Source: Eledone cirrhosa
Taxonomy: Eukaryota
Assembly (NCBI GenBank): GCA_964016885.1
Contig: OZ024743.1
Span: 347,324,001-347,388,000, forward strand
Reading direction: 5' to 3'
DNA length: 64,000 bases
Numbering within the stretch: the first letter of the stretch is position 1; each line of letters starts with the position of its first letter. The notes under the pieces are model-generated. The model was not told the origin of the DNA. It saw nothing but the letters and a program-made list of their open reading frames with translations, and did not search any database. The translations under genes and the position numbers were made by a program. Below, piece by piece: positions 15,066-28,059 of the stretch.

Positions 15066-16643
15066 AAATCTTCTATATACTATATGTATTGAGTACCTTA
15101 CTTTCTGTGATTACGGTCAATTGAACCCGTTACACACACACACACAAGTACACACACACACACATATATATATATATATGTGTGTCTTTCTGTGTGTGTT
15201 TGAGTGTGTGTTTGTGTGAGTATGTTTGTATGTGTGTTTATATGAGTATGTTTGTGTGTGTTTACGGGATTTAATCATTAGACTGCTGTCATACTGACGC
15301 ACCATCTTAATGTAGTCGATCAAATAAATTCTTTTCTTGAAAACTAGAACTTTTCATATGGGGCTCGTCTTGTACCCCCCCCCCCCCCCACACACACACG
15401 CACACACAACAATGCAGTAAATATAGAGAAGAAGAATCATGTCTCCAAGAAAACAAGAAGGCAGTTAAATGGAAATTTGGACAACCAAGAAACTTTGGAA
15501 ATAAATTCTTTGAGACATTCGCCTGAGTACGATACAAAAAATAGCGACAGATAGAAGGGGATAGCTTTAGAGAGTGGGGTGAAATGAAAATAGTGCGAGA
15601 AAGAAGAGAGATTCAGAAAGGAGGAGAGATAGAGAAGGAGAGAGAGATAGAGAAAGAGAGAGCGAGAAAGAAAGAAAGAGAGAAAGAGAGAGAGTAAAGA
15701 AAGCTAATAAGCGAAGCTAACAAGCCAAAATGTTTGCATTTTAGCTAAGCATGCATAAAAAAATCTGAAGGATGGTTAAGGCAGAAAGAGGAAAAGGAAA
15801 TATGAAACAGGAATAAACAAAGAAACGAAAAAGACCATTGGCGGAAAAATATACACACTAAACGGAGCATTTGAAGAAAAATATATTTCGCTAAAATTGC
15901 ACACTGGAAAGCAAATACAGAGGACAACTGAAAAAAAGTATCTTTCATCCGCCCACGATAATCCAAGACTTCTTGAACTTAAGTTGGAAATGCATTTTAC
16001 TTTCAGAATGAACTACGGCTATTAATAGACTGGCCGTACAGAATATCCATTCACACACAAACACGCCCCCACATTCAGACACGCACGCATAATCTCACAC
16101 ATACTGACAAGCACGTACGCACACACAATCACACACATACTGATACGCACGTGTGCACTCACTCGCACATAAACAGATACATACAAACACCCTTCGCCTT
16201 TCCTTACACCTCATAAGTTTTAACACTCCACCGTTCATCAGTTGGGTACCACATCTTAGAAGTATCTTCCAATCCCAATCCTACACCCACACCCCATCCT
16301 TCAACATTTGACGCACCTCTCTTGACTAACAAACTTAGAAAGATGACCACGCTCTCGTACAATGCTTCTGAAATGGCTAATGGCTCTCCGTCCACTCTGT
16401 AAGGGGCCATGCTGATGACACAACAAATATGTGTTTGTGTGTGTATGTGCGTGTGTATGTGTGTGTGTATGTATGTATGTTTAAATATATTTATTATATA
16501 TATATAAGTAAGAATATTTTCGATGCACGTCATGTACGTCAATGCTCATCTTTTTCCATTTCTCCGAGGGTTCTTAACCCCACTATCAGGCTAAATAATT
16601 TCTTTAATTTCTTTAGTCAAAATACGGCGATAGCTTACATTTC

Positions 16644-16720
<77 letters not shown>

Positions 16721-16722
<2 letters not shown>

Positions 16723-17060
16723 CGTTTCTGAATTTGTTTAGCAAGATACTTTATCTGAAAACGTGTGTTGAAACCGATATTGTTATACTTTGATAGGGTC
16801 ATGTTGCCAATAAGAAACACACGCACCAGTTACTTTCACTTCAATTTATTATAAATTAAATTCATAAATTTAGGAATTTATAAATTTCCGGTTGGTTGGT
16901 TGGTTGGTTCCACAACCAGACGATTGTTCATATATTGTCAACGTTCGTTCGTCACACATTATGTGACCTCTTCAGTGACTGGGGATTCTTTTCTTTGTTT
17001 TTGTGCCTTTCCTTTGTTCTGTCCTACGTCATCTTGTTTTTGTGTGTGTTGTGTGCTTAG
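16721..17060 (-). mobile_element. (TA)n-associated element, family C, with a mutated HHR at 16936-16980
   Basis: Aligns in reverse complement to 55323-55580; minus strand reads AGTCA-CTGAAGA-G-GTCACAT-aat-GTGTGAC-GAAC. Confidence 0.85.
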
Positions 17061-18336
17061 TTTGCGCATGTGTTACATATATATATATATCACGTTCTGA
17101 TTATTGCAAGTGAGAAATGAAATCGAATCAACTGACAGTATTCTTGTGATTTCAAGACCTATGACACTTTTTGGAGTTTTCTGATCGTGAGAAGCTTGCA
17201 AACGAGAAGATTCTCATATTCGGAACATATATATTTGTATTTAATATTCAAATCCCAACATATTTCCTTGTTTTCATACTATTGATATATTGCTCCCTTT
17301 TCACTTATTAACTTTTCTCAGAACAAACATATTTATAGAGATAGCAACATTACGCCCTTGTTAGTAAGTGAATTTTACATATTGGACTCAGTATTCTAGA
17401 GGTCACGTGGGGATTATTACTAGAATGTTTAATCCAGTTTCTCAGGGAGAGCCCTTTATATATATTGCTTCCTGCAGTGCATCGATATTACGTCAGTGCA
17501 TCACAAGACATTTATGTGGGAAGCATTGAAGTCAGAGCTAGCAGCTGAAAAATAACAGGTATGTTTACAATGTAGCCATATGATAGAAGAGAGACCTGTA
17601 CAGTAGAGTTTTACAGCAATGTTTACAATATACTATTTATTAACCCGTAGCAGTATGCTACAATATGGTTTTCTCTATCTGTTTCGGCTCTGTTTGTTGT
17701 GAATTCAAATCCCATCACCTGTCACCAGTCACGTTTCTGCACGAATTACGACCGGCAATGAACAGACTTCAGTGAAACATCGTTTCCTTGGTATGAGTTG
17801 ACAACTGACTTATTTCCTTTCCTTTTCTTTGTGTTATTGATCCATAGTTAGTTCCAGAGTTGTTACATCAATACCTTCTCCTTGTGTGTCTTTAGCGATG
17901 TACATTCTTTTGGAAGCATAAAGAAATAAGGTCTCTCGTCACATTGCTTCCTTCTGTAATAGTACGTGAAGCTTGATTTCTTTCACCTCACATCCACGAA
18001 TATAGATGGCTCTTCAAAAAGCGCTCGGGAACTGCTATTTCTTCTCTGATCAAGCAAGAAAATTATTCTCAACAGGTGGCTAGAGTAAATTACCTTACAG
18101 AAAGCTAGATTCCAATATTCATTTCGCTTAAATAGCAATGGGCCAGTAAAATATTAGACCATATTTAAATTGATAATACAGCCTTATGGTACTGAGATTC
18201 AATAAGAGGTAATGCGTAATTTTATAAAGTTCTTAAGGGCTTGATGATAGCGCTTCATTCAGGGTTCCACTGTAGAAGTAACTGGCAAAGGTTTTATTGT
18301 TGTGTAGATATTAAAGAGACATAGTAATCTGTGTCC

Positions 18337-18431
<95 letters not shown>

Positions 18432-19171
18432 CGTCTTGTGGCTGTGTGTGTGTGTGTGTGTGCGCGTGCGTCTTGTGGCTGTGTGTGTTATTGTAATTTG
18501 AAGTATTTAAATGTGTGAATATATGTCATTGTATGTATGAATACATGGATAAGAAAGTATGTGCGTGCTTGTGTATTTATATGCTTTGATGCACTTTTAA
18601 GTCTGTCATTAGTACTTCTATAGCTGTCCATGACAGGCCCGTGATAAATGGTTTCAGGGAATAGGGACATAAGAGAAAAAATAGGAAAACGTGAGCGAGA
18701 TTTGACAGGAAGAGCTGACGATGAAGAAGAGTATTTAAGGAGGGTGACAGGGAGAATGAAGTAAAATGGTTAACGTAAAATAGTAGAAAGAGAGAGTGAG
18801 ATTGTTTAAAAGTGCGTATATGTATGTGCGTGTGTTTCTGTGTGTATGTGCGTGTGTGCGTGTTTGTCGGTGACAGGCAATAACTGAATAAGAATATTAA
18901 CTAAAATTCACACTAACTGCACCACAACTACAGTAAATCTAATATACAATATTGTGTTTGTCATATATATCCATGGTCAAATATAGAAAGAAGTGTAGGA
19001 CGAAAGTAAAAAAGTTAAAGTCAATATATAATGATAGTGTAAAACTGGGACAAAGTATTTTTGTGTGAATAGAAGGAGCGGGGAAATTAACGAGAAAAAG
19101 AAACCAAATCATACAATGTATGTATGTATAATATTTAATATATGTATGTATGTGTGTCCGACTTTCTCTTC

Positions 19172-19271
<100 letters not shown>

Positions 19272-19354
19272 ATAAATATATATATGTATAAATATGTGTC
19301 TAAGCTTGTATGTATATGTATGTACACACACAAACACACTCATATGCATATATA

Positions 19355-19416
<62 letters not shown>

Positions 19417-19466
19417 AGTATGTATGTATACGTACATACATATATGTATACAGACGTACAGTAGCA

Positions 19467-19540
<74 letters not shown>

Positions 19541-19689
19541 CAGGTACACATACATATATGCACGCATCAGTTTAGCGGACGCTTATTATAACGCCGCTTT
19601 GTTCGTTTGTCAACAAACTGAACAGCCTGAATTTATGCCATACGGTGTTAAGGCAACCACGTTGCCTTTTTGTTCAACACTGACACAGG

Positions 19690-19734
19690 AACGATGTACT
19701 AGTTTCAAGCTTGTTAGCTATCATCAGCACCGTT
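19690..19734 (-). ncRNA. Complete minimal type I hammerhead ribozyme motif
   Basis: AACGGTG-CTGATGA-T-AGCT-aaca-AGCT-T-GAA-ACTAGT-A-CATCGTT: 7-bp stem I, intact core, palindromic stem III, GUA cleavage triplet. Confidence 0.85.
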
Positions 19735-19858
19735 TACCCATCTGCCAGATAGTTGAACGTTCGAAAGTATATACTTTCCTTATGAAAATTAACGGCTTAG
19801 CAGCCTAATTTGCATATTGAGTGAGTTAAATCGGTCAGGCATCCCGAAAACGATAAGC

Positions 19859-19957
19859 TGAAAAAAATGAAAACGAAATTTCATTTCTCACTCTTATTAT
19901 GGCACTTACTTAAATGTAAGTATGTATGTATACGTACATACATATATGTATACAGAC

Positions 19958-19992
<35 letters not shown>

Positions 19993-20102
19993 TGCTACTG
20001 TACGTCTGTATACATATATGTATGTACGTATACATACATACTTACATTTAAGTAAGTGCCGTACTAAGAGTGAGAAATGAAATTTCGTTTTCATTTTTTT
20101 CA
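19859..20102. repeat. Inverted duplication of about 100 bp centred on (TA)n
   Basis: Arms 19859-19962 and 19999-20102 are nearly identical; part is also present directly at 19412-19470. Confidence 0.9.
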
Positions 20103-20116
20103 ACTTATATATATAT

Positions 20117-20209
<93 letters not shown>

Positions 20210-20654
20210 AAGAGAGGCAGACAGACAGAGCGGTTCAGGGTTCAGAGAGATCGAGAGAGAGAGTAAGAGGTTAACAGAACAGAGATGTGCAGACCAGACC
20301 ATGGTATGGTCTGTCGATTGTGAGGCAGATAAAATGAAGCGCTCAACGACCTGTATAATTGGTACAAGACGGAACATTATAAAAGATCGGAGCCCGTATA
20401 CAGTTGCTTCAGGTTTATTTAAACCTCCGTTATACATATTTCACTGACGGCTATCAATTATGATAGTCTGAGCTCTTCAGACGGCAAAACCTAAAATAAA
20501 CAAAGAAAGTTCCTAATAATACTTTAAATTTGGAAAAGTCTCATAATTTCCCCGAAAAGTTTTCTCTTCGTGATAAGGGGAGGGGGCCGGTCGAACGCAT
20601 GGTGTTGTTTCTTCAACAGCCAACCCCTGTATGAAACCTAGAGTTTTGTATATG

Positions 20655-21352
20655 ATATATATATATATAAAGTTGTAGTTCCTGTCTGTCTGTTTATTTG
20701 TTCACGAACTCCTCCTATGGTTTTGGAGATAGACCCCCATAACCACATATATTCTGAAACTACATTGCTTAGGGTACTTGGATAAGTATATTTCATTTTA
20801 ATCAAATTGTTCCCCTGAGGCACAAAACCCCGCCAAAAATATGTTCCCTTCGATTTATATGAAATTTAAAACATAGGTAAATGACAAAGATATGATGCCT
20901 ATTAACAAAATTTCGGCAAATTCCAATAATATTAAGACACCCTAATAGGGGTTAAACCCCCTATAGTGAACATTTTGGAAACCCATAAACTGAATATTGG
21001 AATTTCGAATTTCTAATTTGAAAATGATGGTTTACACAAAAATGAGATGGTCAAGTTTTGAACAAGAAACAAAATAAGAATAAGATTTAATAATGGAATT
21101 TTTATTGCATATATTACAAAATATAATTGTTTCTACTTTTGGCACAAGGCCAGCAATTAACCAGTATATTACTGATACTTTATTTTATCGACCCCGTAAG
21201 GATGAAAGCAAAGTTATCCAATTTTTCATGCATTACATTTTACATTGAGTAATATTGAAATGCAGAGTTTTCTCCATAAATTATATCACTGATTTAAAAT
21301 CAATCATCATTTTCTTACAAAAAAAAAAAAAAGGCGCGGGTAATTCGGCTAG
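20655..21352 (+). mobile_element. Non-autonomous Helitron-like element with a nested SINE fragment (about 21125-21215)
   Basis: 5' TATATATAAAGTTG...(CTGT)n; 3' degenerate GC hairpin followed by CTAG|T. Confidence 0.6.
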
Positions 21353-21460
21353 TATATAATATATATATAATACTTATATATATATCAATCATATATCATA
21401 TATCACGTGTTCCAGCCAACAGGCTGACGTCACATGTATATCATAGTTAATTGATGATCG

Positions 21461-21507
21461 TTGTAGGTCTGGAGTTTCACCAGTTTACTCACAGGATCAT
21501 CAGACAA
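21461..21507 (-). ncRNA. Type I HHR motif with a decayed cleavage site
   Basis: TTGT-CTGATGA-T-CC...GG-T-GAAA-CTCCAGA(CCT)-ACAA; the intact version GAAACTCCAGAGTA-ACAA is in the fold-back at 21614-21674. Confidence 0.6.
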
Positions 21508-22143
21508 TTCTTCGCGGACGAGTCTAATGATCATGTGAGTACACAACTGTGAGATTAAGTACTTAATACCGCAGTAGATTTTAAATATTCATTTAAATTC
21601 CAAGTGGTGAGCGTTGTTGCTCTGGAGATTCACAGTGCACATACGAGGGCACAGTTGAAACTCCAGAGTAACAAGGTTCCCCATTTAACTATTACATGAT
21701 TATATATGGTGGTATTGTTATAGTTGTTATTGTTATTAAGCCCTTGTCGTGAATAAAGAAATTATTATTAATATTATTATAGTACCAGTAATGTACTGGT
21801 GAATTGCTGGCCTTGTGCCAAAAGTAGAAACAATATTATTATCACTTCGATTATTATTTTTATTGCGCATCGTTGCTTTACCGAGTACAGGCCCTGTGCG
21901 ACTTGGGTATGAGCAGTGTAGTTTTGCTGATGGCGTTTCTATTGTATTGATAGTACTTTTCGTCATATGTGTGCAGTGCCTACCAGTTATATCGTTTTGT
22001 CTGCTCTATATATTTATAACACCTGTGGTTTTGGTTATCTTTTTGTATGTGTGTTTTTTATCATTATTATGGGTATCGTTACTGTTTTCATTTTCCACAT
22101 TCGAGTTGTTTCTATTTATTATCATTATTATAATTATTAATTA

Positions 22144-22330
22144 GGACGGTGGATTAGCAGTATCGGTAGAGGGTCGGACGCCATGCTTTGACGTATAGAT
22201 TTACGGCCCTTGCCATTCTAAGTTCAAATACCGCCGAGGTTAACTTGACTGTCGTCCTTACGGGGTCGATAAAATAAAGTACCAGTAATACACTGGGTAA
22301 TTGGTAGCCTTATGCCAAATGTAGAATCAA
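22144..22330 (+). mobile_element. tRNA-derived SINE (dominant family)
   Basis: Full-length match to the other copies. Confidence 0.9.
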
Positions 22331-22915
22331 TTATTATAATTATTATTAATATTTGACTATTTAACACGACAAACATTGATGTTGCTATTAGGGAATACTG
22401 GGCTTCAACTAGTAGCCTAGAGGAACGCCAACCTTTTCATATCCTTCCTTGTCATTACATTACTGCTGTTACTCCAGTATCTTTTTCAATTTTTGACATT
22501 TTCCAGAGACATGTCTTTTGGAGTGCTTCAATCTCTGGTGCAAAGTCTACCATTGACAGACATCTCTCAATACATGCATATATACTCATTCCTTCCTTGT
22601 TATTAAATTTGAATGAACCAAAACTTGCACACTTGAAATTTACATATAGAAGAAGGTAACATTTTGAGAATATCGGCGGAACACGAAACCGCTTGTACTT
22701 GCACTTACTTGTACTTGTGTCGACATTCACCCTGGACGGGTAGAGTCGGCTTCTTCCCTTGTCCCGACGGCATCCCGAACCATGGCAGCCCACGCACGAC
22801 GGTCCCGGGATAGGTCACTGGAGATAGCGAGCCAGTCATAGTTCCATCGGCGCAGGCCGACCACATGCGGACCTGAGAGTTCGGAGAGGTCCTCCTTGAT
22901 CGTCGTTGCCCAGGT

Positions 22916-23311
22916 CTACAGCTGCCCACCAAAGCGCTTGCGCCAGTTCGGGAGTAGAGATGGGAGGAGAACATCGCGGATCATCTCACCCTCAGGGGGC
23001 CGGGCTGAGTGACCAAACCATCTCAAGCGCCGTTTTAGAAGCACTGAAGGAAGAGGTCGAAGATTCAGGCGAAGACGAGGACTGGTGGTAGGTACCCTGT
23101 CAACGCGTCGGCATCGAAGAATGCGGCGGAGACAGTCATTGTCGAAGACCTCCAGCCCTCGTCGATCGACTACCCTCATAGGCCATTTCACCGCCATAGA
23201 GGAGGATAGTGCGATCGACGGCCTGGTAGATTCGCCCTTTGGTCGCCGAGGTGATCTCTCTTCTGTCCCACAGACACCGCTGGATATGCCCCAAAGTGGA
23301 GCTGGCAGCAC
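22916..23311 (-). pseudogene. RTE ORF C-terminal region
   Basis: LEVFDNDCLRRILR...LKRRLRWFGH motif typical of RTE LINEs. Confidence 0.88.
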
Positions 23312-23347
23312 CTATGCGACGCTTGACCTCGGCTGCGCCCTATCCCG

Positions 23348-24769
23348 TTAGAACCACTGTTGAGCCCAGGTAAACGAAGGACTCCACATCCTCCAGGTCC
23401 ACGCCCTCGAGACCAGTGACGTCATGACTTTCGACTTGGTGGCATTGATTCGTAGACCAACAGCGGTGGCAGCAGTGTGCACCTTTTCGAGAGCACCTTG
23501 TACATTTGTCCCGTTAGCGTCCTTTAGCACGATGTCATCCGCGTAGGCCAGGTCCGCCACCACGACCCCTCTCCCGACCTTTAGGTCCGGGTAATCCCGG
23601 AGCGCTGTGTTGAGAGTATAGTCAATGGCGTAGTTAAAGAGAGTTGGCGATAGCGCATACCCCTGCCTAACACCCGTCCCAACATCAACCGACTCCGTCT
23701 CCCCACCATAGACCGTCACTCGAGCCCGAGGCGATCGGTATTTGCCTTGTATGAGACGAAGCAGCTTCACTGGGATGCCGTCCGCCTGCATTATACGCCA
23801 GAGGGCTTCCCAATCTACCGAGTCGAAGGCAAAGTCGATGAAACAGAGGACGGTAGGCTGCTGATGTGCCCACCGTTGTTCCAGGACACACCGGAGATTG
23901 AAGCTTTGATCAGCGCACCCCCTCCCCGGACGGAAGCCGCCCTGAGAAGGACGGGTACGTACATCACGGATGGCCTGGAACCTCTTCAGCAGAAGAATTG
24001 CGAAGGTTTTGGCAGCAACGTCAATTAAACTGATACCACTGTAGTTGGAACACAGTTTCCTGCCGCCCTTTTTGAAGAAGGGTTGGAGAGTTGCCTCACT
24101 CCAGTGACCAGGGAACCGCTCCGTCGCCCACACAGAGGAGAAGACTCTATGGAGCCAAGCTGCGAAGACATCAGGCTCGGCCTTGTAGACCACAGCTGGA
24201 ACGCCATCTTCCCCCGGCGCCTTGTTGTTCCGGAGATGTGTCAGGACACTACGTACCTCCTCGACCGTTGGAGGCGCAGTGCTGCACCCGTATTCTTCTC
24301 CGGAAGGCTGCACGTAATCTGGCGTGGGTGGCGGCGTGTGGTTGAGCAGCTCAGAGAAATGGTCCCGGACTAGCCGGTCATTAAGATTGTTAATGACCGC
24401 CCCGTTCCGATCATGGATCGTCTCGCTGATACCCGTACTACTTCGGCTGGCCCGCTTCACCAGTTGGTAGAGTTTGCGCGAGTCACCACCGGCTGCTGCC
24501 CTCTCCGTCTGCTCCGCAAATTCGTGCCAGTGTGCATTCCGATCGGCCCGAATAGCCTGAGATGTGTGACGTCGGAGATCTCGAAGATTGAGTGCACCCT
24601 TGAGTCGGGCCACTCTCACCCTCTCCGCGAATTCAACAATGCCGCCGGAGATCCAGTCCTGTAGGCGTCTTTGTGTCGACCCGAGATGCTCTCTGGCCAC
24701 CTCAACAGTTGCCGCCCTGAGCGCGTTCCACTCCTGCTCTGGTTGCTGTTCCACTTCGTTACTTAGCAT
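23348..24769 (-). pseudogene. RTE reverse transcriptase domain
   Basis: NNKAPGEDG, NYSGISL, QGGFRPGRGCADQ, FIDF-AFDSV, GVRQG-ALSPTLFN and YADD motifs. Confidence 0.95.
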
Positions 24770-25002
24770 TTGGAATCTGTTTCGCAGCTCTAGTCGGAAA
24801 GCATTTCCGGAATCGAGCTTGAGTCGCGAGATGTTGATCCTTTTCTGGCGATTGGGAGGAGGTTTCGCCTCAGCCGCAGACGAGGAGTTGCTTGAACAAG
24901 AGTATGGTCTGACCCATGCTCATTGCCCGTATCGGCCCCTCGATACGCATGCGAGTCCATCATTGAGCTGGCCCACTGAGATCTAACCAGGATGTAATCA
25001 AT

Positions 25003-25761
25003 CTAATTGTCTGTTTTCTCCGTCATTGGATCGTCACGTGACGAGGTGACGCCGAGGTTTTGGAACCGGGTGTTGGTGACGATAAGACGATTGGCATCCG
25101 CGAAGGACACGAGCCGTTCACCATTGTCACAGCGTACGCCTAGGGCGAAGCGTCCTAGAATATGCCGTGTTGTATCATCAGCCGACCCCGTCGGCGCATT
25201 CCAGTCCCCAGCGACAATGAGAACGTCACTGGAGGGGACGCCATCCACAGTTGTTTGGAGATCGGCATAGAACTGCGGCTTGTCCGCCTCGTCCGCATTG
25301 AGTCTGGGAGCGTAGACAGCAATTACGCTGATGTTGGAGATTTGACCCTTCAATCGAACCAGCGCGAGTCGGTGTGAGATCGGCTGCCACGCCAGAAGAG
25401 CTGCTTGTGCGTCGTGGCTGAGCACTACATCGACGCCGTGAAGGCCACTGTTGTCAGTCACGCCTCTATGGTACACGTGGTAGGAGATGTCCTCGCCAGG
25501 AACTTTGATCGGAAGATGACCAGCATCGGGAAGTCGAACTTCTGAAAGGCAAGCGACACTAACGTAGTACCTGTGCAGAGCCTTCATTGTAAGTGCCTGG
25601 ACACCGTCATCACGAAGTGTTCGGACGTTCCAGCACACCGCCCTCAATTCCTTCCTTCGTCTGAAGAGCGGGACTACTGCGGGAGTAGTTTGTAGAGCCA
25701 TAGCGGTAGGAGCGCTTTTGCTTTGCATTGCGTTCGTAGCGGGAAGGCAATTCGTATTCAT
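25003..25761 (-). pseudogene. RTE apurinic-like endonuclease (APE) domain
   Basis: CWNVRTL, CLSEVR, VYAP, GDWNA and DNGERL motifs. Confidence 0.95.
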
Positions 25762-27329
25762 AGTTCGTATTTGTAGGATTCATGGAAGAAGTGTCATGGG
25801 AGTAGTGAATTCACAAGCGGTCCCCAAAAAACCCCCCTCTATATCCCGGACGAGGGGGAAAAAAACGTCCTGCTTGCCGCAGATTCTCCACAGACGCAGG
25901 GACAGAAATGACCTGAAGCCGCCGGTTGCCGAAACAGACACCCCTTGGTTTTCACCAGAGCCTCTTTTGCTGGGTTGCGGCCCTAATACCGCTGGGTGCC
26001 AGACCAATCCGCTTTGGGTTGCCCTACCAGGAACCGAAGTACCCGACGGCATAGCTCTGACACTACCCGTTTCCACCGCCCTGCCACGTTGAGGAGTGGT
26101 TGGACTTTAGGTTGGAAACCACCTCTAGCTGTAGTAAAAATTTTGCTCAGTCTTCAACGATAACTACATAAGATCATGTCTTCATAATGAAACGGATATT
26201 TAGCCGAAGTTTTGCCCGGTCGAGCATGTTTAAGATCAAATGGATCCTAACAACCAATACCTCGTCTTTTGTATATAATCGTCCATGTTCCAATGTACTA
26301 ATGTATATTTAAGTGGATATGGTGTGATTTGAGAGAAATTTGGCTGCTATATTAGAGAAACCTTTATTTATATGATTGGCATAATTATATGACCACGTAA
26401 GAGAAGTTGATTACCATAATTTGTAGCACATCGTACAGAATGCTTTGCAATCATTGTTCCAGCCCACTACATTCTGATTTCAAATCCCAACGAATTCAAT
26501 GTTAGCTTTCATCCTTTCGGTGTCGTTTCATAAGTGTAAATCAAATACTGGATTTATTTCAATCAAATCTACTCGCCCCCTTCATTCCCCCAAACCACAA
26601 GACTTGTGTCTAAAATAGTAATACTTTCGTGATCTGGAACAAGTATTTTGAGCAATGAAGAAGTATATTACTTTGTAATGAAAACGCCAGAGACGGAGAT
26701 GTTAACTTTCCGCGTACATGACCCACATTCTATGTACTTGGGCTGGAGTACCACAGATAAAACGTAACATGATATGCATATAATCATGGATGTCAGCACT
26801 AATAATTATACGAATCTGTTGATGCGCCACTATCGACTATCAGATCAAATTCCCTTAAAACAACTATGTTCTCCACCCAGCTTATAGTCGTTCTAAACTG
26901 CACCAATGAGCATTGTTATAATCGGTATACGAACATATGTTCAAACGCAAATAAAGATCGAGGAAGAGAGACAAACAAAAAGATAGATTGATTCATAGAT
27001 ATATAGAAAGATATAGAGGGGGTAGGAGGGAGAGCGAGAGAGAAATGGAAAACAGGGTGTGTAGAGTGAGAGTGGGAATTATATATATACAAAACTAGCC
27101 ATTTTTATGTCCAAATCAATGAATTATATATAATTATATTTATTCATGATATCCCCCTTGAGTCTTTCTTTCTTTTTTCTCTCTCTCTTGTTTTCTTTTT
27201 CTGCATATATATATACACATATATTTATTCGTATTTTATTCAGTCAATATTTTATCTGTCTTTTGTTGTCAAACCATTATGTTATAAGACATTAACGCAG
27301 GCACAAACGTAAACATCGGTGAGGGAAGA

Positions 27330-27490
27330 GACACACTCATCCACATAATTTCGACTGGCTTATGCAGTTTCCATGCACATATGCATTGGTCAAAAAAGTT
27401 ATAGTAGACGACACTTGCCCATGGTTCATCGCAGCCTGACAGAACTCAGAATCACTTGGTTGAGAAGGTAAATCCTTGACCAAACAGCAA
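27330..27490 (-). mobile_element. Decayed tRNA-derived SINE (third family)
   Basis: TATAGTAGACGACACTTGCCCA... pattern; related piece at about 45665-45815. Confidence 0.55.
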
Positions 27491-27771
27491 TTCCTATATA
27501 TAGTGGAAGACTAGACATATACGGCAGTTTAGGCAAGACTTTGTTTGTCGTCTTCAGGCAAACCAGCGATTAACAACCCACGCCGTAAGTCCGTCAGTTT
27601 TAGTTGTGAAATTGAAAACCATATAATATAGCGATTTAATTGGCCCGTGGCTTTCTAATACCGTTTGTTGTCATGAGCGTCAGGTAAAATGCCGTTTCGG
27701 GAGTGCTGCTTAAATCAGCAAATTCCAGTAGATCCATTAAATTAATTTACATACATACAAAAATACACAGC

Positions 27772-27814
<43 letters not shown>

Positions 27815-27821
27815 ACACAGC

Positions 27822-27934
<113 letters not shown>

Positions 27935-28059
27935 ACACACACACAAACATATATATATATATAAATATATGTGTGACCGGTATGCAAGTGTGACTGCTGC
28001 TATTCTATAAACATCCTTGCCTAGACATGTGCATTGGAAGGAAACTTTCTCGGTGTAAA

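Larger units (their letters stand above)
22692..26120 (-). mobile_element. RTE-clade non-LTR retrotransposon, near full length, frameshifted
   Basis: GC-rich island with APE endonuclease, RT and C-terminal RRLRWFGH ORF pieces; 3' tail of degenerate (CAAGTA)n at 22692-22718. Confidence 0.93.

Noticed and set aside
17477-17558. Possible small exon (polypyrimidine-CAG ... AG|GTATGT; one open frame CIDITSVHHKTFMWEALKSELAAENN)
   Set aside because: No recognisable homology and no partner exons; RNA-seq would be needed.
23747-26092. Plus-strand ORFs inside the RTE LINE
   Set aside because: Antisense shadows of a GC-rich coding region.
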